A DNA stretch of 64,000 nt from Octopus vulgaris (GCA_951406725.2 OX597838.1:24800001-24864000), one strand, 5' to 3'. Counted from the first letter of the stretch, positions 12,397 through 26,501 are shown. Made by a program: numbers and translations. Notes: a model not told the origin generated them from the sequence alone.

Positions 12397-12800
12397 TGCA
12401 GGAGTGGCTGTGTGGTAAGTAGCTTGCTAACCAACCACATGGTTCCGGGTTCAGTCCCACTGCGTGGCATCTTGGGCAAGTGTCTTCTGCTATAGCCCCA
12501 GGCCGACCAATGCCTTGTGAGTGGATTTGGTAGACGGAAACTGAAAGAAGCCTGTCGTATATATATATATGTATGTGTGTGCATATGTTTGTGTGTGTGT
12601 GTTTGTCCCCCTAGCATTGCTTGACAACCGATGCTGGTGTGTTTATGTCCCCGTCACTTAGCGGTTCGGCAAAAGAGACCAATAGAATAAGTACTGGGCT
12701 TACAAAGAATAAGACCCGGGGTTGATTTGCTCGACTAAAGGCGGTGCTCCAGCATGGTCGCAGTCAAATGACTGAAACAAGTAAAAGAGTAAAAGAGTAA
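12397..12800 (+). mobile_element. SINE-A, full length
   Basis: Near-consensus copy. Confidence 0.9.
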
Positions 12801-13992
12801 TTGCTATCCTGGTTTTTCCTAATTTTGATATCAATTTAATAAAATATAGTTTCTAATTTAGGTACAAGGCCAGCAGTTTTGGTGCTTATAAACTTAGTCA
12901 ATTCCAGCAACCCCCAACACTTGACTGGGTGGTGGTGGTGGTGGTGGTGGTGGTGGTGGTGGTGGTGGTAGTGGTGATGACAACGACAATAAGGATTGTG
13001 ATGGTGTAAAAGAAGGAGACACGGAGGAGGAGGAGAAGCACGAGAATGAAGTGGAGGAATTGTTTTATTGTTGTTGTTTGGTCAAGGTTATGTGGTAACG
13101 AGGAAGTAATGTGTTGGTAGTGAGATATGTGTCAAATATAATGGTACAAATGACGGCAACAATGATGAGGATGATGACAATGATAATTATGGTGGAGGAG
13201 GTGGTGGTGGTGGTGGTGGAGGTGACAGTGATGGTGCTGATAGTAGTGTTGGTGATGAAAAAGATGATGATGATGATGATGGTGATGATAAAGATGATAA
13301 TGATCACGATGACAATGATGATGATGACGATAATAAGTATGATGATGATGATGATGGTGATGAAGATGATGATGTGGTGGTGGTGGTGGTGGTGGTGGTG
13401 GTGGTGGCAGTGGTGTTGAATGATAAATGAAGGAATAATAAAAAAAAAAAGGATGTAGAAAATGAAGATACTGATGCTGATGATGATAATGATGAAGTGA
13501 CTGAAGAAGCAGAGAAGAGGAAGCTGTTCAAAGTGGGACGGTGGTGGTGGTGGGCGAGGGATGGTGGTGGGGGCGTTAGAGGAAAGAGTGGCAGTGGCAG
13601 CAGAGTAGCAGAGTTGATGATGAGATGGCAGCAGGAAGAGGAAGGAGGAGGAGGAGAAGAAAGAAAAATAAAAGGGTTGGGGTATGAAGGTGGAAGGAGG
13701 TGGAGTGGGCTGGGTGGGGTGGGGGATGGAGAGATTGTAACAGGAACAAAGCAGCGGGTGGGGGTGGGAGTGCTAGAGTGGATGGATGGGGTGGGGGAGT
13801 AGGTGACGGATGGGAGGGGGTGTCATTGAAATGAAATAACGACAAAATAAAAACAGTTCAAACATTCTAATTGAAAGCAAACAACATGCAACCCTCATCA
13901 ACTCCACCTCGTCCCTCTGTCTGTCTCTCTTGTATTTTTCCCCTATCTGTGATCTCACACACACACACACACACACACACGTGTGTGTATTG

Positions 13993-14300
13993 ATTTCAAA
14001 TTTTGGCACAAGGCCAGAAATTTCGGGGTGCTGAGCGGGGTATAAGTCGATTACAGCCACCCCAGTGCTCAACCGGTACTTATTTTGTTGACCTCAAAGG
14101 ATGAAAGGCAGAGTTGACCTCGGCAGAGTTGACCTCGGCAGAGTTGACCTCGGCAGAGTTGACCTCGGCAGAGTTGACCTCGGCAGAGTTGACCTCGGCA
14201 GAGTTGACCTCGGCAGAGTTGACCTCGGCAGAATTTGAACCCAGAACATGCAACCGAACAAAATGCCGCCAAGCATTTTGCCTGGTTTGTTAACGATTGT
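13993..14300 (-). mobile_element. SINE-B (tail type ii) containing a 15-bp tandem expansion
   Basis: Meta-like domain and B-box on the minus strand. Confidence 0.8.
14111..14230. repeat. Perfect 15-bp minisatellite (GAGTTGACCTCGGCA)x8
   Basis: Eight identical units counted directly. Confidence 0.95.
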
Positions 14301-15280
14301 GCTGGTGCCACATAAAGTAGTTGGTATTAGGAGGGGCATCCAGCCACAGAACCCATGCCAAAACAGGCAACTGGAGCCTAGTGCAGCCTTCTGGCTTGCC
14401 AGCTCCTGTCAAACCGTCCAACCCATGTCAGCATGGAAGATGGACATTAAATGACAATGATGAGTAAGATGACGATATATACTGGGAGTGAAGGACCTCT
14501 AGTTCTTGTTAGAAGCTCCTTCTAGGAGACGGTAAACCCATATGAGATTCCTGCAGTCCAGTTGGTTTCTGGTCATCTCAGCCTCTGTTGTGTCACTAGT
14601 TTTATAGCTGTTTGCACTGAAAATTGGTTCAGCACTGTGCAACACTTTACCCACTCAAAACAAATTCTTGCACAGGAACTTCTCGGACTCTGGGAACATT
14701 TACAAGTACTTTCTGAGTTTAGGAAGCTTATATAATTGGTCATGAGTTGATTTCCACCATGACTTAATAACTGGAGATGCTTATTTCAAGAGCCTATTTT
14801 TTCCCCTTTTTTGCACATTCTTTTCATGTCTGCAAAACGTGTAAGAACTCACATCTCTGAGACTGGATGGCACAAGCACTGAAGGAAGATTATAATCAAT
14901 GAAAAAAGACCCATAGAACTCTATGAACATAGATGCTTTCAAACATGCTTATATTGACACTTATACACATGCAATACCATGCAACACATACACACAAATA
15001 TCCTTTGACACACACACACACACAGATACACACTTGCACAAATTCACATTTGTACATCCATACATACACATATTTATGCATGCACAGAACGTATACAAAA
15101 ACATCCTTCCGCATACATACATACTCTCACACACACATATGCATGCAAATACACACACACACACATTTGCATACGCATACATACAATATCCTTTGTCATA
15201 CACAGATACATATACTCATACACATTCACGCATACACATTCGCATACATGCACACCTCACACACACACTGGCACTCCACC

Positions 15281-15843
15281 GGTTATGACAACAAGGATTC
15301 CAGTTGATCCGATCAGTGAAACAGTCGGCTGATGGAAACAATGTGCAAGTGGCTGAGTACTCCACAGACACACATACCTATCTCTTTACTACCCACAAGG
15401 GGCTAAACACAGAGGGGACAAACAAGGACAGACATAGGTATTAAGTCGATTACATCGACCCCAGTGCGTAACTGGTACTTAATTTATCGACCCCGAAAGG
15501 ATGAAAGGCAAAGTCGACCTCGGCGGAATTTGAACTCACAATGTAATGGCAGACGAAATACTGCTAAGCATTTCGCCTGGCATGCTAACGTTTCTGCCAG
15601 CTCGCTGCCTTCTCCACAGACACGCACACCCTTAATGTAGTTCCCAGGGGGATTCAGTGTGACACAGAATATGATATGGCTAGCCCCTTTGAATTACAGG
15701 TACAACTCATTTTTACCAGCTGAGTGGACTGGGGCAACGTGATATAAAGTGTCTTGCTCAAGGATACAACATGCTGCCAGGAATTGAACTCATGCCCTTA
15801 CGACTGTGAGCTGAATACCCTAACCATTAAGCCACGTGCCTTC
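15281..15843 (-). mobile_element. SINE-D interrupted by SINE-B
   Basis: SINE-D halves at 15281-15378 and 15612-15843. Confidence 0.8.
15379..15611 (-). mobile_element. SINE-B tail type i, full length, nested in SINE-D
   Basis: Flanked by a ~19-bp duplication ctccacagacac(a/g)ca(t/c)acc. Confidence 0.88.
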
Positions 15844-15920
15844 GCTCACACTCATATACTCACTCGCACTTACATAACCATACACACACTTATTCCTCAC
15901 ACACGCACTCTTGCCTATAT

Positions 15921-16296
15921 TCTTTTACTTGTTTCAGTCATTTGACTGCGGTCACACTGGAGCACCACCTTTTTAGTCGAACAAATTGACCCCACTTATT
16001 CTTTGCAAGCCTAGTACTCATTCTGTCAGTCTCCTAAGTTACGGGAATGTAAACACACCAACATCAGTTGTTAAGCAATGGTGGGGGACAAACACAGACA
16101 CACAAACACACACATGCACACATACACATAAATATATTATATGTACAACAGGCTTCTTTCAGTTTCCGTCTACTCACAAGGCTTTGGTTGGCCCAAGGCT
16201 ATAGTAGAAGACACTTGCCCAAAGTGCCATGCAGTGGGGCTGAACCTGGAACCATGTGGTTGGTAAGCAAGATACTTACCACACAGCCACTCCTGC
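15921..16296 (-). mobile_element. SINE-A
   Basis: Homology to the family consensus. Confidence 0.85.
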
Positions 16297-16299
16297 ACC

Positions 16300-17141
16300 T
16301 ATATATACAAACTTCACACATAAATATATACACACTCATATACACACATATATATATATACACATTTCACATACACTGATGCATATACACTTATCCACTT
16401 ACAAACACACACTTCATGCACACCCACACATACACTTTATACACAAACACACTTCACACACATGCTTACACTCACTCACCCATTCACATACACACATGCC
16501 CCACAAACACACATATATACCCTCTTATACATATTCACACATACATACACACACAGAAAAGAAAATAACTTTATACATCCACACAAACGCACATACACAT
16601 TTGACATGCACACATACACACACTTATACTTGCACACACCCACACACTCTTACACACACATTCACTACACACACACAAACACATTAACATACACAGACTT
16701 CACTTACACTCATGCATATACATTCAAGCACATATTCATTTATACACACACACACATGAACATACACATACTTCATGCACACTCACACACATGCATAAAC
16801 ACATACACTTTATACACTTCACACACATACTCACTTCACACACATATACACTTGACACACATACACACTTGACATACATGACACACACACACACACACTT
16901 GACATACATACAAACTTTACACACATACGCTTACACTCACTCACTCATTCATACACACATGCCCCCAAACACACACATATACACTCATACATATTCACAC
17001 ACACTTATACACAAAGAAAAGCAGATCAGTTTATACAGCCATACAAATGCACGTACACATTTCGCACACCACACACACACTTATATACTTGCACGCACTC
17101 ATACACTCATACACACATTCACACACACACACACACATACA

Positions 17142-17180
<39 letters not shown>

Positions 17181-17640
17181 TCACACACATACACACACTT
17201 ATACACATATTCACATACACACACACATACTTATACACACTCACACACACACACACACTTATATACTTGCACATGCTCACACACTCATACACACATTCAA
17301 ACAGACACACATGCATAAACTTGCACACATACACTCATACACACATTCACACACATACACACAAACACATACACATTCACACACTTATACACACATTCAT
17401 TCACACACACACACACACACTTATATACTTGCACACACTCACACACACATTCACACACACAGACACATTCATAAACTTACACACACACACACACACTCAT
17501 ACAAACATTCACACATACACACACACATACTTGCACACACTCACACACACTTGCACACACACACACACAAACATATACACATTTACACACTTATACACAA
17601 ACTCACTCACACACACACTTATACACACACACACACACAC
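16300..17640. repeat. Long cryptic (CA)/(CATA)-rich low-complexity tract
   Basis: Degenerate CA repeats with an internal duplication (about 16460 versus 16925). Confidence 0.9.
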
Positions 17641-17899
17641 ATGTAATAATTGTGCTATAACAAAGAAAACAGAAAACGGCAAATTTGTTTCAGAAAAAGA
17701 TAATTCAGTGGATCAATAATGACATCATAAAAAGAAATCGATCAAAATAAATTGAAATCAATAAAAATCATTGATGAATAAATGAGAAAACAAGATAAAT
17801 TAATTAATTATTCAAAAGAAAAATATCTTTCATTTTTCATTTGGTTTTCATTTTTTTAAAATAAATATTTCTTTATTTTATCATCTTTTATTTTTGACT

Positions 17900-18222
17900 T
17901 CTTTCAGTCATTAGACTGTGGCCATGCTGGGGCACAGCCTTGAAGGATATTTCAGTCTTACTCTGAGACTTTTTTTTTATGCTGGGCTGCTAAGTTACAG
18001 GGATATAAACACACCAACACCGGTTGTCAAACGGTGATGATGGTGAGACAAACACGCACATACATATGACAGGCTTCTTTCAGTTTCCATTTGCAAAATC
18101 TGCTGATCAGGCTTTGCTTGGCCCAGGGCTGTTGTAGAAGACACTTATCCAAGGTGCCATGCAGTGGGACAGAACCCACTACCATGTGGCTGGGAAGCAA
18201 ACTTCTTACCACATAGCCACAC
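17900..18222 (-). mobile_element. SINE-A, older diverged copy
   Basis: Homology to the family consensus. Confidence 0.75.
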
Positions 18223-18257
18223 ACACATATAAATATGTGTGTGTGCATATATATATA

Positions 18258-18640
18258 CTCTTTTTATTTGTTTCAGTCATTTGACTGTGGCCATGCTGGA
18301 GCACCGCCTTTAGTCGAGCAAATCGACCCCGGGACTTATTCTTTGTAAGCCCAGTACTTATTCTATCGGTCTCTTTTGTCGAACTGCTAAGTGACGGGGA
18401 CATAAACACACCAGCATCGGTTGTCAAGCAATGCTAGGGAGACAAACGCAGACATACACATATATATATACATATATACGACAGGCTTCTTTCAGTTTCC
18501 GTCTACCAAATCCACTCACAAGGCATTGGTCGGCCCGGGGCTATAGCAGAAAACACTTGCCCAAGATGCCACGCAGTGGGACTGAACCCGGAACCATGTG
18601 GTTGGTAAGCAAGCTGCTTACCACACAGCCACTCCTGCGC
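18258..18640 (-). mobile_element. SINE-A, full length
   Basis: Near-consensus copy. Confidence 0.9.
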
Positions 18641-18818
18641 CTATATATATACACACACACACAAAATATGGGAGTTTAGTTCATAGGTGATCTAAACAAA
18701 CAGGTATGCTAGGTAAGTGCTGTAATGGATTACTAGGACCCTATTCTCGTTCTTCATCTCCTTATTCCTTTATTCCTGTATCTATGTCATCATTTCATTA
18801 ATCTGTACCCTTCTATTT

Positions 18819-18874
18819 GTCTCTGATGTCAAAATATCACATACTCTAGGATATCCCAGAAACAGCTGTAAGAC
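18819..18874 (+). ncRNA. Minimal type I hammerhead-like motif (A9 mutated), probable Penelope-like 3' remnant
   Basis: gtct-CTGATGt-...atatc/gatat...-GAAAC-agct-GTA-agac: stem I gtct/agac, palindromic ACAGCTGT stem III and GUA cleavage triplet. Confidence 0.6.
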
Positions 18875-18950
18875 TTTGAAGTTTTTTCCAATAATAATAA
18901 TCTATATGACTTGAGATGTTTGCCTTGCCCTAACGTTTATTGTCCTCTTT

Positions 18951-19412
<462 letters not shown>

Positions 19413-19413
<1 letters not shown>

Positions 19414-19675
19414 ATCAAAATAAGCAACAATTTAATTTAATTGAACAATGCAATCATTACATCAATTTAAAATGTAGAGCAATCTTACTCTACATTTTAA
19501 ACTGATGTAATGATTGCATTGTTCAATTAAATGGAGTTGCATGAAACGATCTTACTGCATTACCTCTGGATATCCGTGTTGCTTATTTTGATTTTAATCA
19601 CCTTATTTTGAAATTGTATGGATAATACCGTACTAAATTCTGGTGCCTCAACTTAAGTACCATATTCATCTGAAT
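19413..19675. mobile_element. Fold-back repeat in a (TA)n tract, probable Penelope-like end
   Basis: Inner arms 19435-19479 and 19488-19532; outer arms aatcaaaataagcaaca/tgttgcttattttgatt; the same terminus recurs near 6692 and 53148. Confidence 0.55.
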
Positions 19676-19689
19676 CTCTCTCTCTCTCT

Positions 19690-19727
<38 letters not shown>

Positions 19728-20033
19728 TCCATAAATTTTTATGGTAAATATACATATGCTGGCAGACGGAATTAGCCAACCTTGAGCCATTCACACAGTC
19801 ACCACTGATTGTCTTTCTACAGTATAGACAAAACTAGACCTAATCTGGTTGATCCTCAACACGGTCATGGGGTGGTTACCTCCATTGTCAGATCGTGTAT
19901 ATACTTGCACTCCTCTTACAGCATTAAGAGTATTTTAACTCTTATTTCTAGCAATGTAGGGGCTTCAGCATCTTAGTGACGATTGAATTTTTCCCTTATG
20001 GCATCACATTGCACCTAGTTTTTTATATTAATA

Positions 20034-20546
20034 CTGGCAGTATTGCCCGGCGTTGCTCGGGTTTGTAAGGGAAATAACTATATAAGCATTTTTAGAGAGT
20101 TACTTCCCTTATAGATGCCAATTCGGGCTTTCTTAGCCATTTCTGTTTTGGTGTCTTCAAGCCATGAAGTCGTTGTTCTAAAAGAACGCTGGTCTCCTTG
20201 ACAACGCTTTACGACGTTGATTTCCTTACACTCCCTTCCCCACAGCTTCACGAGGGAGGGAAGAAGGGGGAGAAGCAAACAGGTGCAGGTGTGACCATGG
20301 ACGCCAACTCCGCCGCCATCGACACACGAAAAATTATGCATTAAAATGGAATAAAAAATGATGTTAAATTATTTTTAAAATCGTAGACTCATCGTAGACG
20401 CGCGCTAATACTCAGACGGGCTCGATATAAATCACGACTATAAGATACCCGAATTTGGTTAAACTGCACCGCAAACTGTGGGAGTAGTTAGGAATCTAAA
20501 TCGAAGGGGACAGACACTCACACAACTACAGTTTTATATATATAGA
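20034..20546 (-). mobile_element. Non-autonomous Helitron
   Basis: Minus strand: A|TCtatatatataaaactg ... cccgagcaacgccggg hairpin ... CCAG|T (CTAG variant); 3' end shared with 29121-29512. Confidence 0.8.
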
Positions 20547-21848
20547 TATATATATATATATATATATATAAAGCATGTGCCACCACAATGATGACACTGT
20601 CTACATCCTCATCTTCCGCCTTCTTCATTATCATCATCATAGTTCTTATCATGATCATCACCATCACTACCACCACCACCATCCTCATACTCATCCTCCT
20701 CCCTCTTCTTTCTCCTTATCCTCTTCATCATCATCATCACCATCACCTGCATAGTTCTTATCATCATCATCATCACACATTACTACAGTACTGTCTTCAT
20801 CTTCTCCCTCCTTTGCATCATCATCATCATCATCATCACCATCACTATCATTATCTTCACGACAGTCAAGGTCAATTTCTTCTTACTCCTCCTCCTTTTC
20901 CTCTTCTTCTTCTTCTTCTTCACCTCCCTCCCCTCCCCTCCTCATCATTACCACCAAAACCATCACCACTACCATTCTCAAATTCATCCTCACCCCTGTC
21001 GTCATCACCATCATCCCCCTATCGGCATCACTATCATCATCATCATAATTATAATTAACATCTGTTCTTCTCATATTCTTAAACCTTGCCTCCCCACCCC
21101 ATCTTCTGCCAACCACACCAGTCTGCTCTTCATCTGCTGATGTAGGAAACAAGACAAGAATTAAGAAATCAAAGATTGGAATCCACAGAAAACCATTAAT
21201 CCATTAATCCGCTGATAACTAGAATTACTGTTTAGTCCCCGACTGAGCCAACCTAAGTCCATGGATTCCACTCATGACCATCTCATCTTTTTTCCAAAAA
21301 TTATTCAGACATGGTTGTGTGGTAAGAAACTTGCTTCTCAACCACATGGTTCCAGGTTCAGTCCCACTGCATGGCACCTTGGACAAGTGTCTTCTACTAT
21401 AGCTTTAGGCCAACCAAAGCCTTGTGAGTGGACTTGGTAGATGGAAACTGAAAGAAGCCCATCGTATATTGATATATATATGTCCGTGTGTGTGCTTGAC
21501 AACATGTATTGGTTTGTTTCTTATTTTATCGACCATGAAAGGATTGAAAGCAAAGTTGACCTTGGCAGAATTTGAACTCAGGACACCAGAGATGGGTGAA
21601 ATACCGGTAACCATTTCACCTGGTGTGCTAACGATTTGCCAGCTCGCTGCCTTCATAAAAATAATAATAACAATAATAATAATAATTCTTTTTACTGGAA
21701 GCACAAATTTGGGGCAAGGGATTAAGTCGATTACACTGACCCCAGTGCATAACTGGTACTTATTTAATCGACCCTGAAAGGATGAAAGGCAAAGTCAACC
21801 TTGGCAGCTCACTGCCTTCATAATAATAATAACCCTTTCTACTATAGA

Positions 21849-22050
21849 CATCATCATCATCATCACCATCATTGTTTACCGTCTGCTTTCCATGCTGGCA
21901 TGGGTTGGATGGTTTGACTGAAGACTGGCAAGCCAGTAGCCTACACCAGGCTCCAATCTCATCTGGCAAGATTTCTACAGCTGGATGCTCTTCCTAACAC
22001 CAGCCACTCTGAGAGTGTAGTGGATGCTTTTTACATGCTATCGGCACAAG
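21849..22050 (-). mobile_element. Family C (RTE 3' UTR-like)
   Basis: (CAT)n followed by ttccatgctggcatgggttgga...ctacagctggatgctcttcctaac. Confidence 0.75.
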
Positions 22051-22291
22051 GGCCCAAGATCTGAAATTGTTGGGGAAGGGACCAGTCAATTACATCGACC
22101 CCAGTGTTTTACTGGTACTTAATTTATCGACCCTGAAAGGATGAAAGGCAAAGCCGACCTCGGCAGAATTTGAACTCAGAACATGGCAGACAAAATACAG
22201 CTAAGGATTTCACCTGGCGCGCTGCCGCCTCCCCCACCCCCATAATAATAATGATAATAATAATAATAATAATAACAACAATAACAATAAC

Positions 22292-22337
<46 letters not shown>

Positions 22338-22810
22338 GAAAACTTACAAATGTATTTTATGGCTGGGGAAGTAATTAAGCGAAAGAGAGGAAATTTATTT
22401 TTTTTAAACTGGTTTAAGTTATTTTGATTTGGTAGTTGGTAGTTGGAAGATGGAATGAAAACAAGCTTGGTTGTGTAGTTAAAAAGATCACATTGCTTCA
22501 CTGTATGGTGAATAAAAAACATGGTTTCTGGTTCAAACCCACTACATGATAGCTCGAGAAGGTGTCTTTGACTTTTGACTCATTTTAACTGATGCCTCAC
22601 TTTGGTGAAAGTCTAGGCTTGATGAAAAATTTGTGAGTGAATGTTTGGCAGACAGAAGTTGTGTGGAAGCCCATAATATGCTTGGCTTAACCCCAATCAC
22701 TACGTACTTGAGTTCCTTTAGTGCAAGCATTCAGTCCAGTTCTCCAATCTGAGGATAGATTCTACTTCCCCTCTCACCTTATTTTTGTTAAACCATTAAC
22801 ATATATATAT

Positions 22811-23130
22811 AGTGTCTTCTACTATAGCCTCGGGTCAACTAAAGCCTTGTGAGTAGATTTGGTAGATGGAAACTGAAAGAAGCCCATCATATGTGTGTGT
22901 GTGTGTGTGTGAGTATGCGTGTGTATTTGTGTGTCACCCCCCACCACCACCACCATTGCCTGACAACCGATGGTGGCGTGTCTACGTCCTCGTAACTTAG
23001 CGATTTGGCAAAAGAAGTTCGGTAGAATAAGTACTAGGCTTACAAAGAATAAGTCCTGGGGTTGATTTGTTTGACTAAAGGCAGTGCTCCAGCATGGCCA
23101 CAGTCAAATGACTAAAACAAGTAACGGATA
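22811..23130 (+). mobile_element. SINE-A, 5'-truncated
   Basis: Starts at agtgtcttctactatagcc. Confidence 0.8.
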
Positions 23131-23489
23131 AAATAAATAAATGAACACATGCACTCCATATTCATCCTTCACTTTGGATTAGTTATTGTTTTTATTTTAT
23201 GCCCTTTGTCTTGAAATCTTTCATCATACCTCCTGTGACCTCTTCAGCAACTCTCCATCCCATGTGTCTCCTGTTCTGTCGAGCCCATTCTGTAAGCATC
23301 ATAGCGATGATTGTTTAATGTCTAGGACCCCATATTATGGCCATGGTAACCCAAGTTCGAATCCTGATCAATGCAGCTTCCCTAAAAGTTTACATTTCAT
23401 AATAAAAAGGTAAAAATGGGTATATATCTATACTGCATCATGCACATACGTATATACATATGTGCATGTTATCATTAGCATCAGCATTT

Positions 23490-23730
23490 AACATCTAGTT
23501 TCCATGCTGGCATGGGTTGGACAGCTTGACAGGAGCTGGCAAGCCAGAGAGCTGCACCAGGCTCCAATCTTCTGTTTTGGCACGGCTTCTACAGCTGGAT
23601 GCTCTTCCTAACACAAACCACTCTACAGGGTGTACCAGGTGATTTTTACATGGAACCAAACCAGCACAGTTGCTTTTTACAAGACACCAGTATGAGAACT
23701 TTCTACATGGCACCAGCACCGATGAGCTAG
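23490..23730 (-). mobile_element. Family C (RTE 3' UTR-like)
   Basis: Homology to the other copies; same strand as the adjacent RTE fragment. Confidence 0.7.
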
Positions 23731-24207
23731 CTTGCAAAACCATGACCTCTCAGTTGAGAAGGAGAGTGGAACCAAGAGATTAGAGTATGATGGAGGGACA
23801 GAGATAGCCATCTTACTATTGAAGAGATACTTAGCTAACTCAGGAGAACAAGGCAGGAGAGGAAGGTGAGAGAGAGGGAGGGTCTGCCCACAGGGAACAG
23901 TGGGAGTAGCATAAGTAGTAGAGAGGGGGTAGAGGTGGGAATGTTCCATAAGAGCGCGAAGTGGGGGGGGGATGTTAAAGATAGCAAGTGATGTTGAGAG
24001 GAATTGGAGTGGCTGAAGAGGTAGCAAGTGATGGAATCAGAGTGGCTGGGAGTGGGCGGGTGGGGTGGGGGTATGGTAGATATGTGAGGGCATGGAGAGT
24101 GTGCAGATAATCACGTGAGGGAGACTGGAGGGGTTTGCAATGGGTGATGGGTGTGTGTGGGGAGTTTGATAGAAGACAGAATTATGTGTGTGTGTGTGTG
24201 TGTGTGA

Positions 24208-24249
<42 letters not shown>

Positions 24250-24302
24250 GGGCATGGCCGTAAAGGACATGCCTGCATATATGGATAACCATGATCTTAT
24301 TT

Positions 24303-25060
24303 AGCTTGATGTGTCTTCTTCTCAAGCTCAGCAAATCATCAGAAGTCTCGGCCCCCTTGTCCTCTCCTCAGTGGGGCTCAACATCTTAAAGATCATTTCT
24401 CACTACTACATCCCATGTCTTCCTGGATCGACCCCTTTCCACAGGTTCCCTCTACAATTAGAGATCGGCACTTCTTGATGCTGCTGTCCTCGTCCATATG
24501 CATCACACGACCATACAAGCACAGTCTTCTCTCTTGGACACAACATCCAATACCCTTCACACCCAATGTCCCTCTTAAATCATTTACAATCTGTTCTACA
24601 TACACACTGACATTACCCACCAAGCAGAGCATTGCTGACTTCATTTCTTTCAAGTCTTTGCATGTCTTCTTTAGTCAAAGCCCATGTTTCACTAACATGT
24701 GGCATAGTTGTACATACACAGACATCATATACTCTGCCTTTGACTTTGAAGGAGAGGCCCTTTGCTACTAACAAATGTAGTAGCTCTTTGTCCTCTGCCC
24801 ATCCTGTTCTTATTCCAGCACCTATGCTTTCAGAGCTTCCTCCTTCATTGCTAACTTGGTTGCCTAGGTAACGGAAGCTATCTACTACTTCTAAGGATCC
24901 CCCCCAGACATTTGGGAAAGTCTATTTTCTATATATTCTTAGTGTTTATTGTACCCACTTATCAGCCATACACAAAGACTACTTTCTCTGTTTGCTTTCC
25001 AGTGATACTTATGCACTTCTTATGTGTCCATAGCTTGCACTGGGTACACAGTATGGAGCT
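24303..25060 (-). mobile_element. RTE-clade LINE 3' coding fragment (decayed)
   Basis: RRLCLYGRVMHMDEDSSIKKCRSLIVEGTCGKG..KTWDVVV; upstream EVVDSFRYLG and CTQCKLWTHKKC segments. Confidence 0.85.
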
Positions 25061-25067
25061 TCAGCCA

Positions 25068-25230
25068 CAGGAGTGGCTGTGTGGTAAGTAGCTTGCCTAC
25101 CAACCACATGGTTCTGGGTTCAGTCTCACTGTGTGGTACCTTCGGCAAGTGTCTTCTACTATAGCCTCAGACCAACCAAAACTTTGTGAGTGGAATTGGT
25201 AGACGGAAACTGAAAGAAGCCCATCATATA

Positions 25231-25292
<62 letters not shown>

Positions 25293-25510
25293 TGTATATG
25301 TATGTGTGTGTGTTTGTCCCCCCATCATTGCTTGACAACCGATGTTTACATCCCCATAACTAAGCACTTTGGCAAAAGAGACCTATAGAACAAGTACTAG
25401 GCTTACAAAGAATAAGTCCTGGGGGTCGATTTGTTCGACTAAAAGGCGGCGCTCCAGCATGGCCACAGTCAAGTGACTGAAGCAAATAAAAGAGTGAAAG
25501 AGAGTAAAAG
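25068..25510 (+). mobile_element. SINE-A
   Basis: Full head and tail present. Confidence 0.88.
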
Positions 25511-25880
25511 AGGAAAACATGCCGGATTTATTCATAAATTTCTTACAAAACGGTGTTTTATTTTGGTTCTTAAAAAGCCTCTTCAAAGTGTGCATGTGTG
25601 TGTGTGTGGGGTGTGTGTGTGTTTATTTATTCCTTTCGGCTATTAAGAAGCCTCTTCAAAAGTTTGCTGATAGTCAAAACAAAACTGTATTTTGTAAAAA
25701 ATGAAAAATAATTATGAATAAATCCTAAATGCCTCACCAGTAAAAACACTTTGAGTCATTCTGAATGGTTGATTTCCTTGTCAAACAATTAGATATTTCT
25801 CATATACACATGTATATGTAACTGTGTGTATACATTGTGACATTTTTAGGATAATGAAATTATTATTACTATTATCATTT

Positions 25881-25924
<44 letters not shown>

Positions 25925-26480
25925 GAGTGAGAGAGTAGTGCATGCCATCAAAGTGACACTGGGGTAAAATATACGAAGCCCAGTATACCCATTATGACTA
26001 CCCGTCTGATAAGGGTACACCAGGCACATGCATCACAACCATATGTGCGCAACATGGTGATCTCATAACAAGATAAACAGCGCATGACCTTGCGGGTGGG
26101 GCCCAGTTAGAATTTTCTTCTGGTTGGGCAACCCACCCCACTCAAAAAGTCCCTGTTTAAGGGTTGTTTAAGGATTTTGAATGAAACACCCATGTTTCCA
26201 GAGGTGAATCATTCAAACCCCAAAGAATCCCTCTCAACACATGGCTATGATGCTCCCCCACTACTTCTACTCGTGATCAGAGATGCACATATCATCAGCC
26301 ACTAAGGGACATGCTCAACTGGTTACGGTCAAACAACTGACAAGCAAATCTGTGGTATTGAGCAGAATATTTGCTGTTGCCCATCTTTTATACCAAGACA
26401 AAACAATGTACATGATAATACTTCCAGTCTGTTAAGATCAGAAGCCATGAGAGCCACTGCCTGGTACTGCATCAGGGCAT
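25925..26480 (-). mobile_element. Unclassified ~555-bp element embedded in (TAT)n
   Basis: Complex sequence sharply bounded by (TAT)n on both sides; no ORF or tRNA head recognised; strand inferred from the (AAT)n tail. Confidence 0.5.
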
Positions 26481-26501
26481 TATTATTATTATTATTATTA
26501 T

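Noticed and set aside
14111-14230. Repetitive protein ORFs (CRGQL)n and (PRSTL)n
   Set aside because: They are translations of a 15-bp tandem expansion within a SINE.
14480-14890. Coding exon in a non-repetitive-looking block
   Set aside because: Stop codons in the frames examined and no recognisable motif; probably an old transposon fragment.
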